The notes: generated from the letters alone by a model not told the origin. Shown: positions 1 to 9,801, counted from the first letter of the stretch. The stretch is 45,926 bases of DNA from an uncultured Clostridia bacterium (GCA_947628605.1 CANRAM010000001.1:1-45926); one strand, 5' to 3'. Made by a program: numbers and translations.

Positions 1-2341
1 TTTCCATTGAAATTTCATACAAATTAAAATATTTATGATAAAAATTATCTAATGATAATCTATTCATAAATTTTTTAGTTCTAGTATTTTCATCTACTGC
101 ATATTCGCTCATATTTGCCGATTTTGATTGTGAATTTAATATCTGTAGTTTTCCATCATCAATTCTATATAATTGTTTTGGAATAAATACTTGTGTTCCA
201 CTATCAATAGGCAAATAAATACCTTTAAACGATTCTTTTTCTTTTCCAGATAACTTAATAAATACAGTCATATCATTATTATTTTTTACAGTTTTAACTT
301 CTGTCTTTTGTATATCATCTTGTACTTTCTCTGGCTTTTTTTCTAATTCTTCTTTCGTTTCTTTCATAATATTTTCTAGTGTTAATCCTAGAATATTTTT
401 ATTATTATTGAAAACGAGTAAAGTCTTGTATTTATCATTATTTACAAATTGTCTAGTCATTGCAGATTTCATATTATCTGGATATGCTAAACCATATCTT
501 ACTGCTTCCATAACATTTTCATTTTTAAATCTACTAACTGCTTGTTCTTTTAGTGATTCAACATAAGTTTTAGGAAATAATTTCTCAAATTGCGAAGTAT
601 TATTAGCAATAAATAAATCCTCAAACTCATCTGGATTGTTTTCAATATACTCTTTTATGCTAGTTTCAAAACTTTCTGCATATTGCTTTAAAACAATATC
701 TTTTTGTTCTACAGATAATTTTATATTTACAACTTTACCTTCTTGATCAAAACTTTTTACATTGTTTAGTAGATTTTCTAGTATAAAAATTTTATCATTC
801 TTAAATTTTATATAATCATCAGAGGTATAGATATATTCATTGACATATCTTGAAATATCTATTGTATTTTCTCCATCTTTTAAATAATTTTCATTATTTA
901 AAGTTCCTTCAATCACTTCTTGACTAATTGCATTTGTTTCAAGATATTTTTGTAATATTCTATCTTGATGATTGATAGCATACTTTTTTAAATGATCCAT
1001 TATATAGTAATAGAAGAATAATCCTTTATATCTTTCAACTCTGGATTCTTGTTTTACTTCTTTTGGCATAATAATATCTTCAACCTCCTCACCTTTAAAA
1101 TTAGTTTTATTTGTTACATATTCTTTAAAACGAAGAATATCTTTTGTATCTTTAATTAAACCATCTCTTTGCATCTTTTTATAAATATTATAGATATTAT
1201 CAACATTTAATTCTTTATCTTGTAAATACTGATTTTCAAGTAAAAAAATAAAGGCAGATATTTTTGTTTTATAAACATCTTCCTTTTTTACATTTGCAAT
1301 TTGTAAATCTCCGAAGTCTTTGTATTTACCTTCTAATTTTGATATATCTAATACATTTACTTCTAATCCTTCATTTAATAACTCTGGTATAACTCTAATC
1401 ATAGCATTTTTACCAGCATCATCATTATCAAGCGAAAGAGTAATTTCACACTTTAATTTCTTTAGTAATTCAATTTGTTCTTTAGTTAATGCAGTTCCCA
1501 TTATTCCTACAGTATTTGCAAATCCCATTGCATTGCTACTTATAACATCCATATATCCCTCAACTACTATCATTTCATAATCTCTAGCAAAAGATTTTGC
1601 TTTATGATAATTAAATAGTAATTCACTTTTATTGAATAAAGAAGTTGCCATAGTGTTAATATATTTAGGCTTTGCATCTCCTAATACTCTTGCTCCAAAT
1701 CCAACAGGATTTCCATATTGGTCGAATATAGGAATCATTATTCTGTGGCTAAATATATCAATATAATCATTTTTAGATTCTTTTGTAATACCTACCTCTA
1801 TCAAATCTTTCATATTGTATTTTGATAATAAATTATTCGTTATATTATCATAAGTAGGATTGAAGCCAATATGAAAATTATTGATTATTTGTTCCGATAA
1901 ATTTCTGCTTTTAAGATAATCGAGAGTTATCTCTCCATCTATATTTTTAGTTTTTAAATTATTCTCGCAAATAGTAATTGCATCTTTTAGAATGTTGGAT
2001 AATGTCTTTTGTTTCTTTTGTTCTTCGGTTAGAGGCATATTATTGTTTTGTGAAAGTACAATATTTAAATGCTGTATATCTATTGCTTTTTGCATAGCTT
2101 CTACTGTGCTTATTGTATTATGATTTACTTCTGTTTCATATTTTTGGATAAATGATATAGCATTTCCTCCAGAGCCACAAGCAAAACATTTTGCAATACC
2201 TTTGTCAGCGTTTACCATCATAGATGGATGCGTATCATTATGAAAAGGGCAAGTACATTTATTTCTAGTAACCTTTAATCCATAGTATTCAAGAATATTT
2301 ACTATATTAGAACTTGATAATATCTCATCATAAGCACTCAT
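1..2341 (-). CDS. DnaG-like DNA primase (CHC2 zinc finger + TOPRIM) with ~450-aa C-terminal extension; 3' end beyond window start
   Basis: Absent from the ORF track because it has no stop in the window. Own translation from ATG 2341-2339 (ATGA overlap with the upstream stop): MSAYDEILSSSNIVNILEYYGLKVTRNKCTCPFHNDTHPSMMVNADKGIAKCFACGSGGNAISFIQKYE (CHC2 finger). Later EGYMDVIS and LSLDNDDAGKNA (TOPRIM acidic motifs). The frame stays open down to nt 2. Confidence 0.8.
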   Translation of the reverse strand, partial: MSAYDEILSSSNIVNILEYYGLKVTRNKCTCPFHNDTHPSMMVNADKGIAKCFACGSGGNAISFIQKYETEVNHNTISTVEAMQKAIDIQHLNIVLSQNNNMPLTEEQKKQKTLSNILKDAITICENNLKTKNIDGEITLDYLKSRNLSEQIINNFHIGFNPTYDNITNNLLSKYNMKDLIEVGITKESKNDYIDIFSHRIMIPIFDQYGNPVGFGARVLGDAKPKYINTMATSLFNKSELLFNYHKAKSFARDYEMIVVEGYMDVISSNAMGFANTVGIMGTALTKEQIELLKKLKCEITLSLDNDDAGKNAMIRVIPELLNEGLEVNVLDISKLEGKYKDFGDLQIANVKKEDVYKTKISAFIFLLENQYLQDKELNVDNIYNIYKKMQRDGLIKDTKDILRFKEYVTNKTNFKGEEVEDIIMPKEVKQESRVERYKGLFFYYYIMDHLKKYAINHQDRILQKYLETNAISQEVIEGTLNNENYLKDGENTIDISRYVNEYIYTSDDYIKFKNDKIFILENLLNNVKSFDQEGKVVNIKLSVEQKDIVLKQYAESFETSIKEYIENNPDEFEDLFIANNTSQFEKLFPKTYVESLKEQAVSRFKNENVMEAVRYGLAYPDNMKSAMTRQFVNNDKYKTLLVFNNNKNILGLTLENIMKETKEELEKKPEKVQDDIQKTEVKTVKNNNDMTVFIKLSGKEKESFKGIYLPIDSGTQVFIPKQLYRIDDGKLQILNSQSKSANMSEYAVDENTRTKKFMNRLSLDNFYHKYFNLYEISME

Positions 2342-2808
2342 ATATCTATTTCTTCCTTATGTTCTTCTTTATTGTCTTGTTTTATTTCTTGTGTATCTTT
2401 TATCAAACTTAATATATATTCATCATCAAATTCTCTTATTAAATTTGGATATTCCAAATAATTTTCCTTCTCTTTGTTACCATCATAATATTGTTCTTCA
2501 TAATCATCATAGCTTTCTCCAATTCTTGAATATCTATAAGAATACTCATTTTCGCCTAAATAGTTTAACCCCTCCATTATGGCATCAACTTCATCATAAC
2601 TATTTTCATACCATTTAAGACTATTCCAGCCAAAATATATTTGACTTTTTCCCTCTTGTTTTATATCACATTCCTCTAAAAGATTATAATCTTCATTATG
2701 TTCTTCTAAATATTTTTTTACAAATTCTTTTAACTTTTCGTAACCTTCTTTACTTGTTACAATTCTAATATCTGATCTATATCCCATTTTCATTACCTCC
2801 ATTATCAA
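2338..2808 (-). CDS. Hypothetical acidic protein, paralogue of 2777..3169
   Basis: ORF track. GGAGG precedes the ATG at 2787 (MGYRSDIRIVTSKEGYEKLKEFV), the likelier start. The C-terminal half is very D/E/Y-rich. It shares RI(V/I)T(S/T)K(E/K)GYE and IYF.W...KY motifs with the next ORF. Confidence 0.5.
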   Translation of the reverse strand: MIMEVMKMGYRSDIRIVTSKEGYEKLKEFVKKYLEEHNEDYNLLEECDIKQEGKSQIYFGWNSLKWYENSYDEVDAIMEGLNYLGENEYSYRYSRIGESYDDYEEQYYDGNKEKENYLEYPNLIREFDDEYILSLIKDTQEIKQDNKEEHKEEIDI

Positions 2809-3169
2809 TTTGTTTTAACAATTTAATTGTTTCTTTATCATTAAATTCACAAGTCATTGAAGGCATTGGAATATCCTTATATTCATCTTCTAATAGAGTA
2901 TTATCGTATAATTTAATATAATTCCTATCTATAATGCAAACTCTATGTGTTATATTTTTGTTTATAATAACAGTTAAGAGATTTTTTAGAAGTCTAAAAT
3001 ATTTAGGATTATCCCACTTAAAAAAATATATATCATTGATGTATTTGCAAGTAGTATCATTTACTATATTTTTTGTTAATTTCTTATTATTATGAGATCG
3101 TAAAAAACTCATAATTTCTTCATATCCTTTTTTAGTTGTTATAATTCTGACTTGTTGTTGCATAATCAT
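2777..3169 (-). CDS. Hypothetical protein, paralogue of 2338..2808
   Basis: ORF track. MQQQVRIITTKKGYEEIMSFL and DIYFFKWDNPKYF align with the neighbouring ORF. Translationally coupled (overlapping) with both neighbours. Confidence 0.5.
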   Translation of the reverse strand: MIMQQQVRIITTKKGYEEIMSFLRSHNNKKLTKNIVNDTTCKYINDIYFFKWDNPKYFRLLKNLLTVIINKNITHRVCIIDRNYIKLYDNTLLEDEYKDIPMPSMTCEFNDKETIKLLKQIDNGGNENGI

Positions 3170-3552
3170 ATCTCCATTTCCAATAAATTTTTAATTTCTT
3201 TTTCTATTTGTGAATCATCTCTATTACTTATAAACAATAAAAAACAATCCTTTTTCTTTGGATTGTATATTGTAAGAAGTATTTTTGTATGTTTTCTTAA
3301 TAACTCAACAAATTCTGCTAATTCCTTTGTTGTATAGTTATCTTTAAGTTTAAAATCTACATATTTTATTATATTGAATGATTTTGTATATCTTCCTGCA
3401 ACTGTAAATGCCTCTCTTGTTATCATTGCGTTTTTATCTATTTGCTCAAAATATAAATCATCATATAATAAATAGTAAGCTCCTTCTTTTGCTTTGTCAG
3501 ACACTAATGCCCTAAAATCTTCAAAATTGTAAATTATATTGCTTTCTATCAT
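3166..3552 (-). CDS. Hypothetical protein
   Basis: ORF track. GAGGGA RBS upstream of the ATG. No motif recognised. Confidence 0.45.
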   Translation of the reverse strand: MIESNIIYNFEDFRALVSDKAKEGAYYLLYDDLYFEQIDKNAMITREAFTVAGRYTKSFNIIKYVDFKLKDNYTTKELAEFVELLRKHTKILLTIYNPKKKDCFLLFISNRDDSQIEKEIKNLLEMEI

Positions 3553-3575
3553 AGTTTCCCTCTTTTCTCACAAAT

Positions 3576-3603
3576 GAAAAAAGAGTGGGAGTTTCACCCA
3601 CTC
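3576..3603 (-). terminator. Intrinsic terminator downstream of the adhesin gene
   Basis: Minus strand reads GAGTGGG-TGAAACT-CCCACTC followed by TTTTTT, immediately after the adhesin stop at 3607. Confidence 0.6.
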
Positions 3604-3606
3604 AAA

Positions 3607-6600
3607 TTATTTTTCATTGTGTTTTTTTCTTAATAGCATAATTCCACCAACTATTCCCATTAAAGAAATTACTGCTAAACTTCCTAATAAGAAGTAATTT
3701 GTTTCATTTCCTGTTTGAATTTTTGGAAGTAAAGAGTTGTAATATTCAAAACTATAAATACCATCTTTTTCTTCCAATGATACACCATCAGCAAATACAC
3801 CTTTGTCATTTATTTCTACTTTAACAACTTGGTCTGATAGTTTATATCCTAAAGGTGCTTTAATTTCTTTAATATAGTAAGTTCCATATCTTAACTCATC
3901 AAATAATGCAGTACCTTCAAATTCATTTGCTCCTGCTTCTTTAATAAGTTTAGTACATTCTTCATCTTCATAAATTCCGAAAACAAATTTATTTGATTTA
4001 ATGTGTTCTTTTGTGTCTTTATCTAATTTCTCAACTCTAACAGATTTTAATATAGGCATATCTTTTATTTCTACTAATTGATTTTCTTTATCAAAAGATA
4101 CCTCAAATTCAATAGATTCTGCAACTTCATATCCGTATGGAGCAGTTTTTTCAGTTAATGTATATTTCTTGCCTTCTTCTAATCCAGTAATATGATGAGG
4201 CTCTTTAGTTGAAGTCCATTTATCAATAACATTTCCATCTTCATCTGTAACAACTAATTCAGCTCCTTCAAGTTCCTCACCATTCGTTAGATCTGTTTTT
4301 GTTACATCTACGACTTTATCAATCATAACTTCGTGTTGCGTTTCTTTATCTGTAGTTACTGTAAATTCAACATCAGTTGCTTTTACATATCCATTCGGAG
4401 TAATTTCCTCGTGAAGTATATAAGTTTCTCCTTCAACTAAATTTTTGATTTTGTGTGCTTCTTTACTAGAAGTCCACTCATCAATAATGTTTCCTTCTTT
4501 ATCAAACACTTGGATCTTTGCTCCTTCAACTTCATTTCCACCAACATCGACTTTACTCATTTCAACAACTTTATCAATCATTTTTTCGTGTTGTGTTTCT
4601 TTATCTAATGTTACTGTAAATTCAACATCAGTTGCTTTTACATATCCATCTGGAGTAATTTCTTCGTGAAGTGTATATGTTTCACCTTCTACTAAATTGT
4701 TGATTATATGTGGCTCTTTACTAGATACCCATTCATCTATAAGATTATTGTCTTTATCGAATACTTGAATTTTTGCTCCTTCTATTTCATCTCCACCAAT
4801 GTCAACTTTACTCATTTCAACAATCTTGTCTATCATCACTTCGTGTTGTGTTTCTTTATCTGTAGTTACTGTAAATTCAACATCAGTTGCTAGAACATAA
4901 CCCTCTGGAGCAGTTTCTTCGTGTAAAATGTAGGTATTTCCCTCTTTTAAATTATTGATTTTATGTGCTTCTTTACTAGAAGTCCATTCATCTACTAGAT
5001 TTCCATTTTTATCAAACACTTGCATTTTAGCACCTTCAACTTCATCTCCTGCAATATTCTTTTTAGACATCTCAACAATTTTGTCAATCATTTCTTCGTG
5101 TTGAGTTCCTTTATCTAATGTTACTTCAAATTCAATATCTGTTGCAAGAACATATCCATCTGGAGCAGCTTCCTCGTGTAAAGTATATTTTTCTCCTTCA
5201 ACTAAATTTTTGATTTTGTGTGCTTCTTTTCCAGAAATCCACTCATCTACTAGATTGTTATCTTTATCAAATACTTGCATTTTAGCACCTTCAACTTCAT
5301 CTCCTGCAACATTCTTTTTAGTCATATCCACTACTTTGTCAATCATTGTTACTTTTTGGATTTCTTTCGTATTTTCAACTTTGAACTCTATATTAGTAGC
5401 TTTAACAAAACCTTCTGGAGCAATTTCTTCTCTTAATACATAGGATTTTCCTGCAACTAACCCTTCTGTTTTATGCGTTTTACTTGTTGAAGTCCAAGAA
5501 TCAACTACTTTTCCATCTTTATCAAGAACTGTTAATTTTGCTCCTTCAAGTTCTTTTTCTCCAGTAATATCAGTTTTTGAAAAATCAACAAGAGTTGTAT
5601 CATTTTCAATATCTTTTGTTACTGTATATACTTTTGTTACATCATCTTTTTTGATGAATTCTACATCATAAATTGTGTCATTTAATACCAATCCATCAAT
5701 TACTTTAACTTCTTGTAATTCATATTTCCCCATTGGTAATTTTTCAACTTTTAAATTTCCATTTTTATCAAGATTATATGTTTTAACTTCTTGGCCCTTT
5801 TTATAAATAACACTTCCATCTGCATAATCAATGATGTTTTCTTTTGCAGTAAGTTTAAATTGAATACCACTTAAATCAGATGTATCAACTAAACTCGTAT
5901 CTGCATCTTCTCTTAATGCGATTGATTTATCTATAATTAAAGTTCCTGTAGGTTGCTCATTTTTAACAACAACCTCTTTTATAAAGTCGCCATCTTGGTC
6001 TATATCGTAATTTCTTATCCCTTCAACTTTGAAAGCAACTGGGTTATCAAGTTGTAAAAATCCTTCTGGAATTTTTATTTCAGTAATTTCATAAGTTCCA
6101 ACTTCCAATCTTAATGGAGTTATTACAGAGCCTATTGGATCGCCCTCTTTATTGTTATAACTGTTAGATGGTACAACTATATTTTTTGCATTAGTTGTAA
6201 AAGAGTTGTAAGTTGTGCTACCAATTTTTTGTGTTACAACTTCACCTCTTTTGTAAAGTATTTTGTTTGTTGCTCTGTCATATATATCTTTTGTTGCTTT
6301 AATCTGGAATGTAGCATTATTTAATGATACTATTTTTCCAGATGTTTTATCTTTCTTAATAAGCTTAATATAAGTTTCTAATTGTTCGTTGTTTACAACA
6401 ATATCTTTTACTTTCTTTGCTACATCTTGAATCTCTGATTCATCATCTGTAATAGAAAAAGTAAAATCTGTTGCACTTTCGTAATCTTTTGGAGTTGTTG
6501 TTTCTTTTACAATAAAAGTTCCATAAGGTAAAACATTTTGTGTATAAGCATCTCCGTTTTCATCTGTTTCTATTGCTTCATAAGTTGGAGCAATAACTTG

Positions 6601-8985
6601 TGCTTCTGCAACTCTTTTGCTATCAACTGTTACTGCATTTCCATACTCATCAATGCCACTCCATACTTCTGCGTATGTGTAGCCTTTATCATAAGCTCTT
6701 TGTACTGCACTATTTAATTTTATAGTAAATACTGCACCTGCTAATCCAGGTGTTTCTCCAGAATTAACATCAATTCCACTTTTAAAAATATGAATTCTCA
6801 TTTCTTTTACTTTATCTGTGCTATTGGCATTTCCAGTAATTATTTTTGTATATTGATCTTTATATTTTAAGTTTACTTCATATTCTTTTTTATCAATTAA
6901 ATATCCTATTGGTGGATTTTCTTCTTTTACAATGTATTTTCCAAGTGGTAATTCTGTAATGTCTTGACAAACTCCTTTTTCATCTGTATTTCGTGTTGCA
7001 ACTAAATCTCCTTTTGAATACCATTTCTTTGATTTAGCAACATTATAAATATCTTCTTTTGCATATACTTTATATACTGCATTTTTTAGAGTTGCATCTC
7101 CCTGTGCAATAGAGCCTGTCTTACTATCTCTTTTGATTATAGATATTGTTCCTCTAGGTTCCTCATCAACAACTCCTTTAATTTGTATTTCAATTACTGG
7201 GGTTGTATCATTTTTATAAACTAAATTTGCAGTATATTTATTTTCATTTAGTAAATATCCATTTGGTGCTTGAATTTCCTTAACATTATATTTTCCTAAA
7301 GGTAAGTTATCAATTTGTGCTATACCAGTTCCAGATGCAGTTGTTATTGTTGCTACTTCTTGCCCTTTAGTATAGAATGTTTTACTTCCTGCTTTATTTG
7401 TAATTTTTTCTGCTGCAGTTACTTTAAATACAGCTCCACCTATCTTATCGTTATTTTCACTAACTTTGTATAAAACGATTTTTCCAGTTGGCTCTGTATC
7501 TTTTACACCTTCGATTTTTAATTCAACAACTGGAGTATTTTGGTTTTTATATACTAAATTAGCAGTATATGTGTTTTGATTTAGTAAATATCCTTCTGGA
7601 GCAGAAATTTCTTTTACATAGTATTTTCCAAGTGGAAGATTATCAATTTGTGCTACACCTGTTCCAGATGCAGTTGTTATTGTTGCTACTTCTTGTCCTT
7701 CATTATAAAATGTTTTGCTTCCTGCTTTATTTGTAATTCTTTCTGCTGCAGTTACTCTAAATACTGCACCACCAATTTTGTCATTATTTTCGCTAACTTT
7801 ATAAACAAGTATTTTTCCAGTTGGCTCTGTATTTGGTACTGTTTGTTTGCTTGTTTGATTTGGAGTTATTTCTACTTGATATGTTTGAGTATTTAGTAAA
7901 TATCCTGTAGGTGCTGTTTTTTCCTTAATATAATAAGTTCCTCTTTTTAGTTTTTCTACAACAATTTTTCCATTTGTAACAGTTACATCTTGATTATAGT
8001 TATTTGGACCTGTAATATTAAATACAGAGCCATCAATTAAGTTATCCTCTGTGTCTAATTTTGTTAGTTCTAATCTTCCTGTTAAGTTTATCTTTAAACT
8101 CATTGCCATAGGTACTGGATCGTTATAATGTAAAGCCATTAACTGATTCTGTACTCCATTTCTAAATGAGAAATACACAGTAGTATCTTGATCTTTTGAT
8201 TCTTCTTTAACTAATCCCCAACTTTGAAATGTATTATCAGAAATGTTTAAGTTTTCGACTTCACAATTTTCTGATACTGTTATTGTTAATGTATTTTCTC
8301 CTTTGTTATGTTGAAATCTTACATTATCTTTTGAATTATCAATACTTGAATAATCTGCTAATACTCCATTTGTATCAGTTAGCACTTTAGTTTCTCCTGC
8401 TTCTATCGTAACAGTAGTAGCATCAAAACTAGGTCTTTTTTGCATATTGTTAATTTGATTATTTATGTCATTTTTAAAATTTATATATCTATTTTGAATA
8501 TTTGAATCAATAAATGTTGCATTAGATTGTCCTAGAGTTTCCCATATATATTGTTGTGTAAATACATAACTTAATCTAACTTCGTAAGCCCAAGAATCAT
8601 CTAAAATACCTCCATCTACTACATAGCCTCCATTTGCTTTATACCATCCAAAATATGCAATTTTACAAGCCTGTTTTACTCTACTATCAGTTGGTGTATA
8701 ATATTGTCCATCATATATAGTTCCTGTTTCAAATGGTACTCCGTGTTCTGCACAGAATACTGTGTATTTTTCTCCAGTTTTGTTATTTATTAACCTTCTA
8801 ATTAAAACACCATTTCCACTATTACTGCTATCTGTTGTAAATATTTTTGAGCCATATTGTCCTCCTGCCCATTGTCCACTACCAGATGCTGCAAAAACTG
8901 GACTAATGTTAGTTAATACAGTAATTAAAAGTAATAATATTGCAACTACTTTTTTATTTAAAATTAAATTCTTAATACTTTTCAC
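3607..8985 (-). CDS. Cell-wall-anchored surface adhesin: signal peptide, N-terminal thioester (TQXA-type) domain, many CnaB/SpaA-like repeats, C-terminal sorting signal
   Basis: GTG start with AAGGAG RBS. Signal peptide ends ...ISPVFA/ASG. TVFCAEHG (Cys78, nt 8752-8754) plus VFTQQYIWE (aa 143-148) match the thioester-domain Cys and TQxx(I/V)W Gln motifs. Repeated G(T/K)Y.(I/V)KE..AP.GY modules. The C-terminus is LPKIQTG + hydrophobic stretch + RKKHNEK. Confidence 0.85.
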   Translation of the reverse strand: MKSIKNLILNKKVVAILLLLITVLTNISPVFAASGSGQWAGGQYGSKIFTTDSSNSGNGVLIRRLINNKTGEKYTVFCAEHGVPFETGTIYDGQYYTPTDSRVKQACKIAYFGWYKANGGYVVDGGILDDSWAYEVRLSYVFTQQYIWETLGQSNATFIDSNIQNRYINFKNDINNQINNMQKRPSFDATTVTIEAGETKVLTDTNGVLADYSSIDNSKDNVRFQHNKGENTLTITVSENCEVENLNISDNTFQSWGLVKEESKDQDTTVYFSFRNGVQNQLMALHYNDPVPMAMSLKINLTGRLELTKLDTEDNLIDGSVFNITGPNNYNQDVTVTNGKIVVEKLKRGTYYIKEKTAPTGYLLNTQTYQVEITPNQTSKQTVPNTEPTGKILVYKVSENNDKIGGAVFRVTAAERITNKAGSKTFYNEGQEVATITTASGTGVAQIDNLPLGKYYVKEISAPEGYLLNQNTYTANLVYKNQNTPVVELKIEGVKDTEPTGKIVLYKVSENNDKIGGAVFKVTAAEKITNKAGSKTFYTKGQEVATITTASGTGIAQIDNLPLGKYNVKEIQAPNGYLLNENKYTANLVYKNDTTPVIEIQIKGVVDEEPRGTISIIKRDSKTGSIAQGDATLKNAVYKVYAKEDIYNVAKSKKWYSKGDLVATRNTDEKGVCQDITELPLGKYIVKEENPPIGYLIDKKEYEVNLKYKDQYTKIITGNANSTDKVKEMRIHIFKSGIDVNSGETPGLAGAVFTIKLNSAVQRAYDKGYTYAEVWSGIDEYGNAVTVDSKRVAEAQVIAPTYEAIETDENGDAYTQNVLPYGTFIVKETTTPKDYESATDFTFSITDDESEIQDVAKKVKDIVVNNEQLETYIKLIKKDKTSGKIVSLNNATFQIKATKDIYDRATNKILYKRGEVVTQKIGSTTYNSFTTNAKNIVVPSNSYNNKEGDPIGSVITPLRLEVGTYEITEIKIPEGFLQLDNPVAFKVEGIRNYDIDQDGDFIKEVVVKNEQPTGTLIIDKSIALREDADTSLVDTSDLSGIQFKLTAKENIIDYADGSVIYKKGQEVKTYNLDKNGNLKVEKLPMGKYELQEVKVIDGLVLNDTIYDVEFIKKDDVTKVYTVTKDIENDTTLVDFSKTDITGEKELEGAKLTVLDKDGKVVDSWTSTSKTHKTEGLVAGKSYVLREEIAPEGFVKATNIEFKVENTKEIQKVTMIDKVVDMTKKNVAGDEVEGAKMQVFDKDNNLVDEWISGKEAHKIKNLVEGEKYTLHEEAAPDGYVLATDIEFEVTLDKGTQHEEMIDKIVEMSKKNIAGDEVEGAKMQVFDKNGNLVDEWTSSKEAHKINNLKEGNTYILHEETAPEGYVLATDVEFTVTTDKETQHEVMIDKIVEMSKVDIGGDEIEGAKIQVFDKDNNLIDEWVSSKEPHIINNLVEGETYTLHEEITPDGYVKATDVEFTVTLDKETQHEKMIDKVVEMSKVDVGGNEVEGAKIQVFDKEGNIIDEWTSSKEAHKIKNLVEGETYILHEEITPNGYVKATDVEFTVTTDKETQHEVMIDKVVDVTKTDLTNGEELEGAELVVTDEDGNVIDKWTSTKEPHHITGLEEGKKYTLTEKTAPYGYEVAESIEFEVSFDKENQLVEIKDMPILKSVRVEKLDKDTKEHIKSNKFVFGIYEDEECTKLIKEAGANEFEGTALFDELRYGTYYIKEIKAPLGYKLSDQVVKVEINDKGVFADGVSLEEKDGIYSFEYYNSLLPKIQTGNETNYFLLGSLAVISLMGIVGGIMLLRKKHNEK
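4051..5580 (-). repeat. Six tandem 255-bp (85-aa) coding repeats inside the adhesin
   Basis: Unit starts at 5580, 5325, 5070, 4815, 4560 and 4305 (M(S/T)K..(V/I)(A/G)GDEVEGAK.QVFDK...DEW.S.KE.H.I.NL.EG..Y.LHEE..P.GYV.ATD.EF.V). The four central units are near-identical and the outer two are diverged. The similar shadow ORFs 4445..4669 and 5210..5443 are 765 nt (3 units) apart. Confidence 0.85.
7162..7827 (-). repeat. Two tandem 333-bp (111-aa) coding repeats inside the adhesin
   Basis: EPTGKILVYKVSENNDKIGGAVFRVTAAERITNKAGSKTFY... is repeated as EPTGKIVLYKVSENNDKIGGAVFKVTAAEKITNKAGSKTFY.... The Glu codons of the two units are at 7827 and 7494. Confidence 0.85.
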
Positions 8986-9041
8986 TTTAAAAATCTCCTT
9001 TTCTTAAAATTTTATAAAAAAATAGAGGACACTAAATCCCC

Positions 9042-9605
9042 TTAATAAAATATAACTCTCATCCCCAAATAAACGCCTTCATTGTCCTTTATAGGAACAC
9101 ACTCGCCACTAAAATCGTAGGATTTTAAATAGTCTTGTGCTACTTGTGTTACATTATCCATTGTGTACCCATCTGTAAATAAAAAGTCCTTATTTTTAGG
9201 TTTTTCCTTTGTGTTTTTCTCGTTATTGTTACTTGATGAAGTTGTAACTTGTGTTTTACTTTTTTCTAGTGTTTCTTGTTGTTCTATTTCTTCCTTTGTA
9301 TCTGACTTTATTTCTTCTGTTTGTTCCTCTACTTTATTTTGATTTTCTACATTGCTTTCAACTTTATTGTTTTCAATATTAGAAACATTTTCTTCCTTTG
9401 CGATATTTTCATTGATAATATTTGTTTCATTTTCTTCTTGAATATAGTTATCTATATTATTTGAAGATTGTTTGTGTTTAGTATTAAATCCATAAAAAGC
9501 AACACCTACTACTATGAGGATTATTATAAAGATAATTAGTAATATCTTCTTTCTTTTTGAATCCTTTAAATAAAGCTCTAATATTTTTTCATCTTGCTCA
9601 TTCAT
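9042..9605 (-). CDS. Membrane-anchored protein with N/E/K-rich low-complexity linker and small C-terminal domain
   Basis: ORF track. TM segment ILLIIFIIILIVVGVAFYGF, then a low-complexity stretch, then KDFLFTDGYTMDNVTQVAQDYLKSYDFSGECVPIKDNEGVYLGMRVIFY. Confidence 0.5.
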   Translation of the reverse strand: MNEQDEKILELYLKDSKRKKILLIIFIIILIVVGVAFYGFNTKHKQSSNNIDNYIQEENETNIINENIAKEENVSNIENNKVESNVENQNKVEEQTEEIKSDTKEEIEQQETLEKSKTQVTTSSSNNNEKNTKEKPKNKDFLFTDGYTMDNVTQVAQDYLKSYDFSGECVPIKDNEGVYLGMRVIFY

Positions 9606-9801
9606 TCTTTTTTACCTCTGGAGAATGTGCTAAATCATTATATTTTTTCTCTAATTTTTCATAATCCTTTTTTAAAGTAGTATAATTTTTTATTTCAATA
9701 TCAATATTATCAATATTCTTTTGTATATTCGATTGTTCAGTTATCAATTTAGATTTTTCTACATTTAATTTTTCAAGTTTTCTTAACACTTTTTTTATCA
9801 T
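9598..9801 (-). CDS. Small coiled-coil protein (hypothetical)
   Basis: The ORF track gives 9598..9828. GGGAGG lies 6 nt before the ATG at 9801 (MIKKVLRKLEKLNVEKSKL...). Confidence 0.35.
   Translation of the reverse strand: MIKKVLRKLEKLNVEKSKLITEQSNIQKNIDNIDIEIKNYTTLKKDYEKLEKKYNDLAHSPEVKKNE

Noticed and set aside
4445-5443. Plus-strand ORFs antisense to long minus-strand genes (e.g. 4445..4669, 5210..5443, 7648..7896, 22612..23364, 23884..24621, 27572..28153, 30325..30996, 33029..33409, 44609..44992)
   Set aside because: These are shadow ORFs of AT-rich genes: low-complexity F/L/I/S-rich products, no RBS, and full overlap with well-supported genes. The similarity of 4445 and 5210 simply mirrors the adhesin repeats.
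4051-7827. CRISPR array or other non-coding tandem repeat
   Set aside because: The repeats are in-frame protein modules of 85 and 111 aa with no spacer structure. No CRISPR, rRNA or IS element was seen anywhere in the window.
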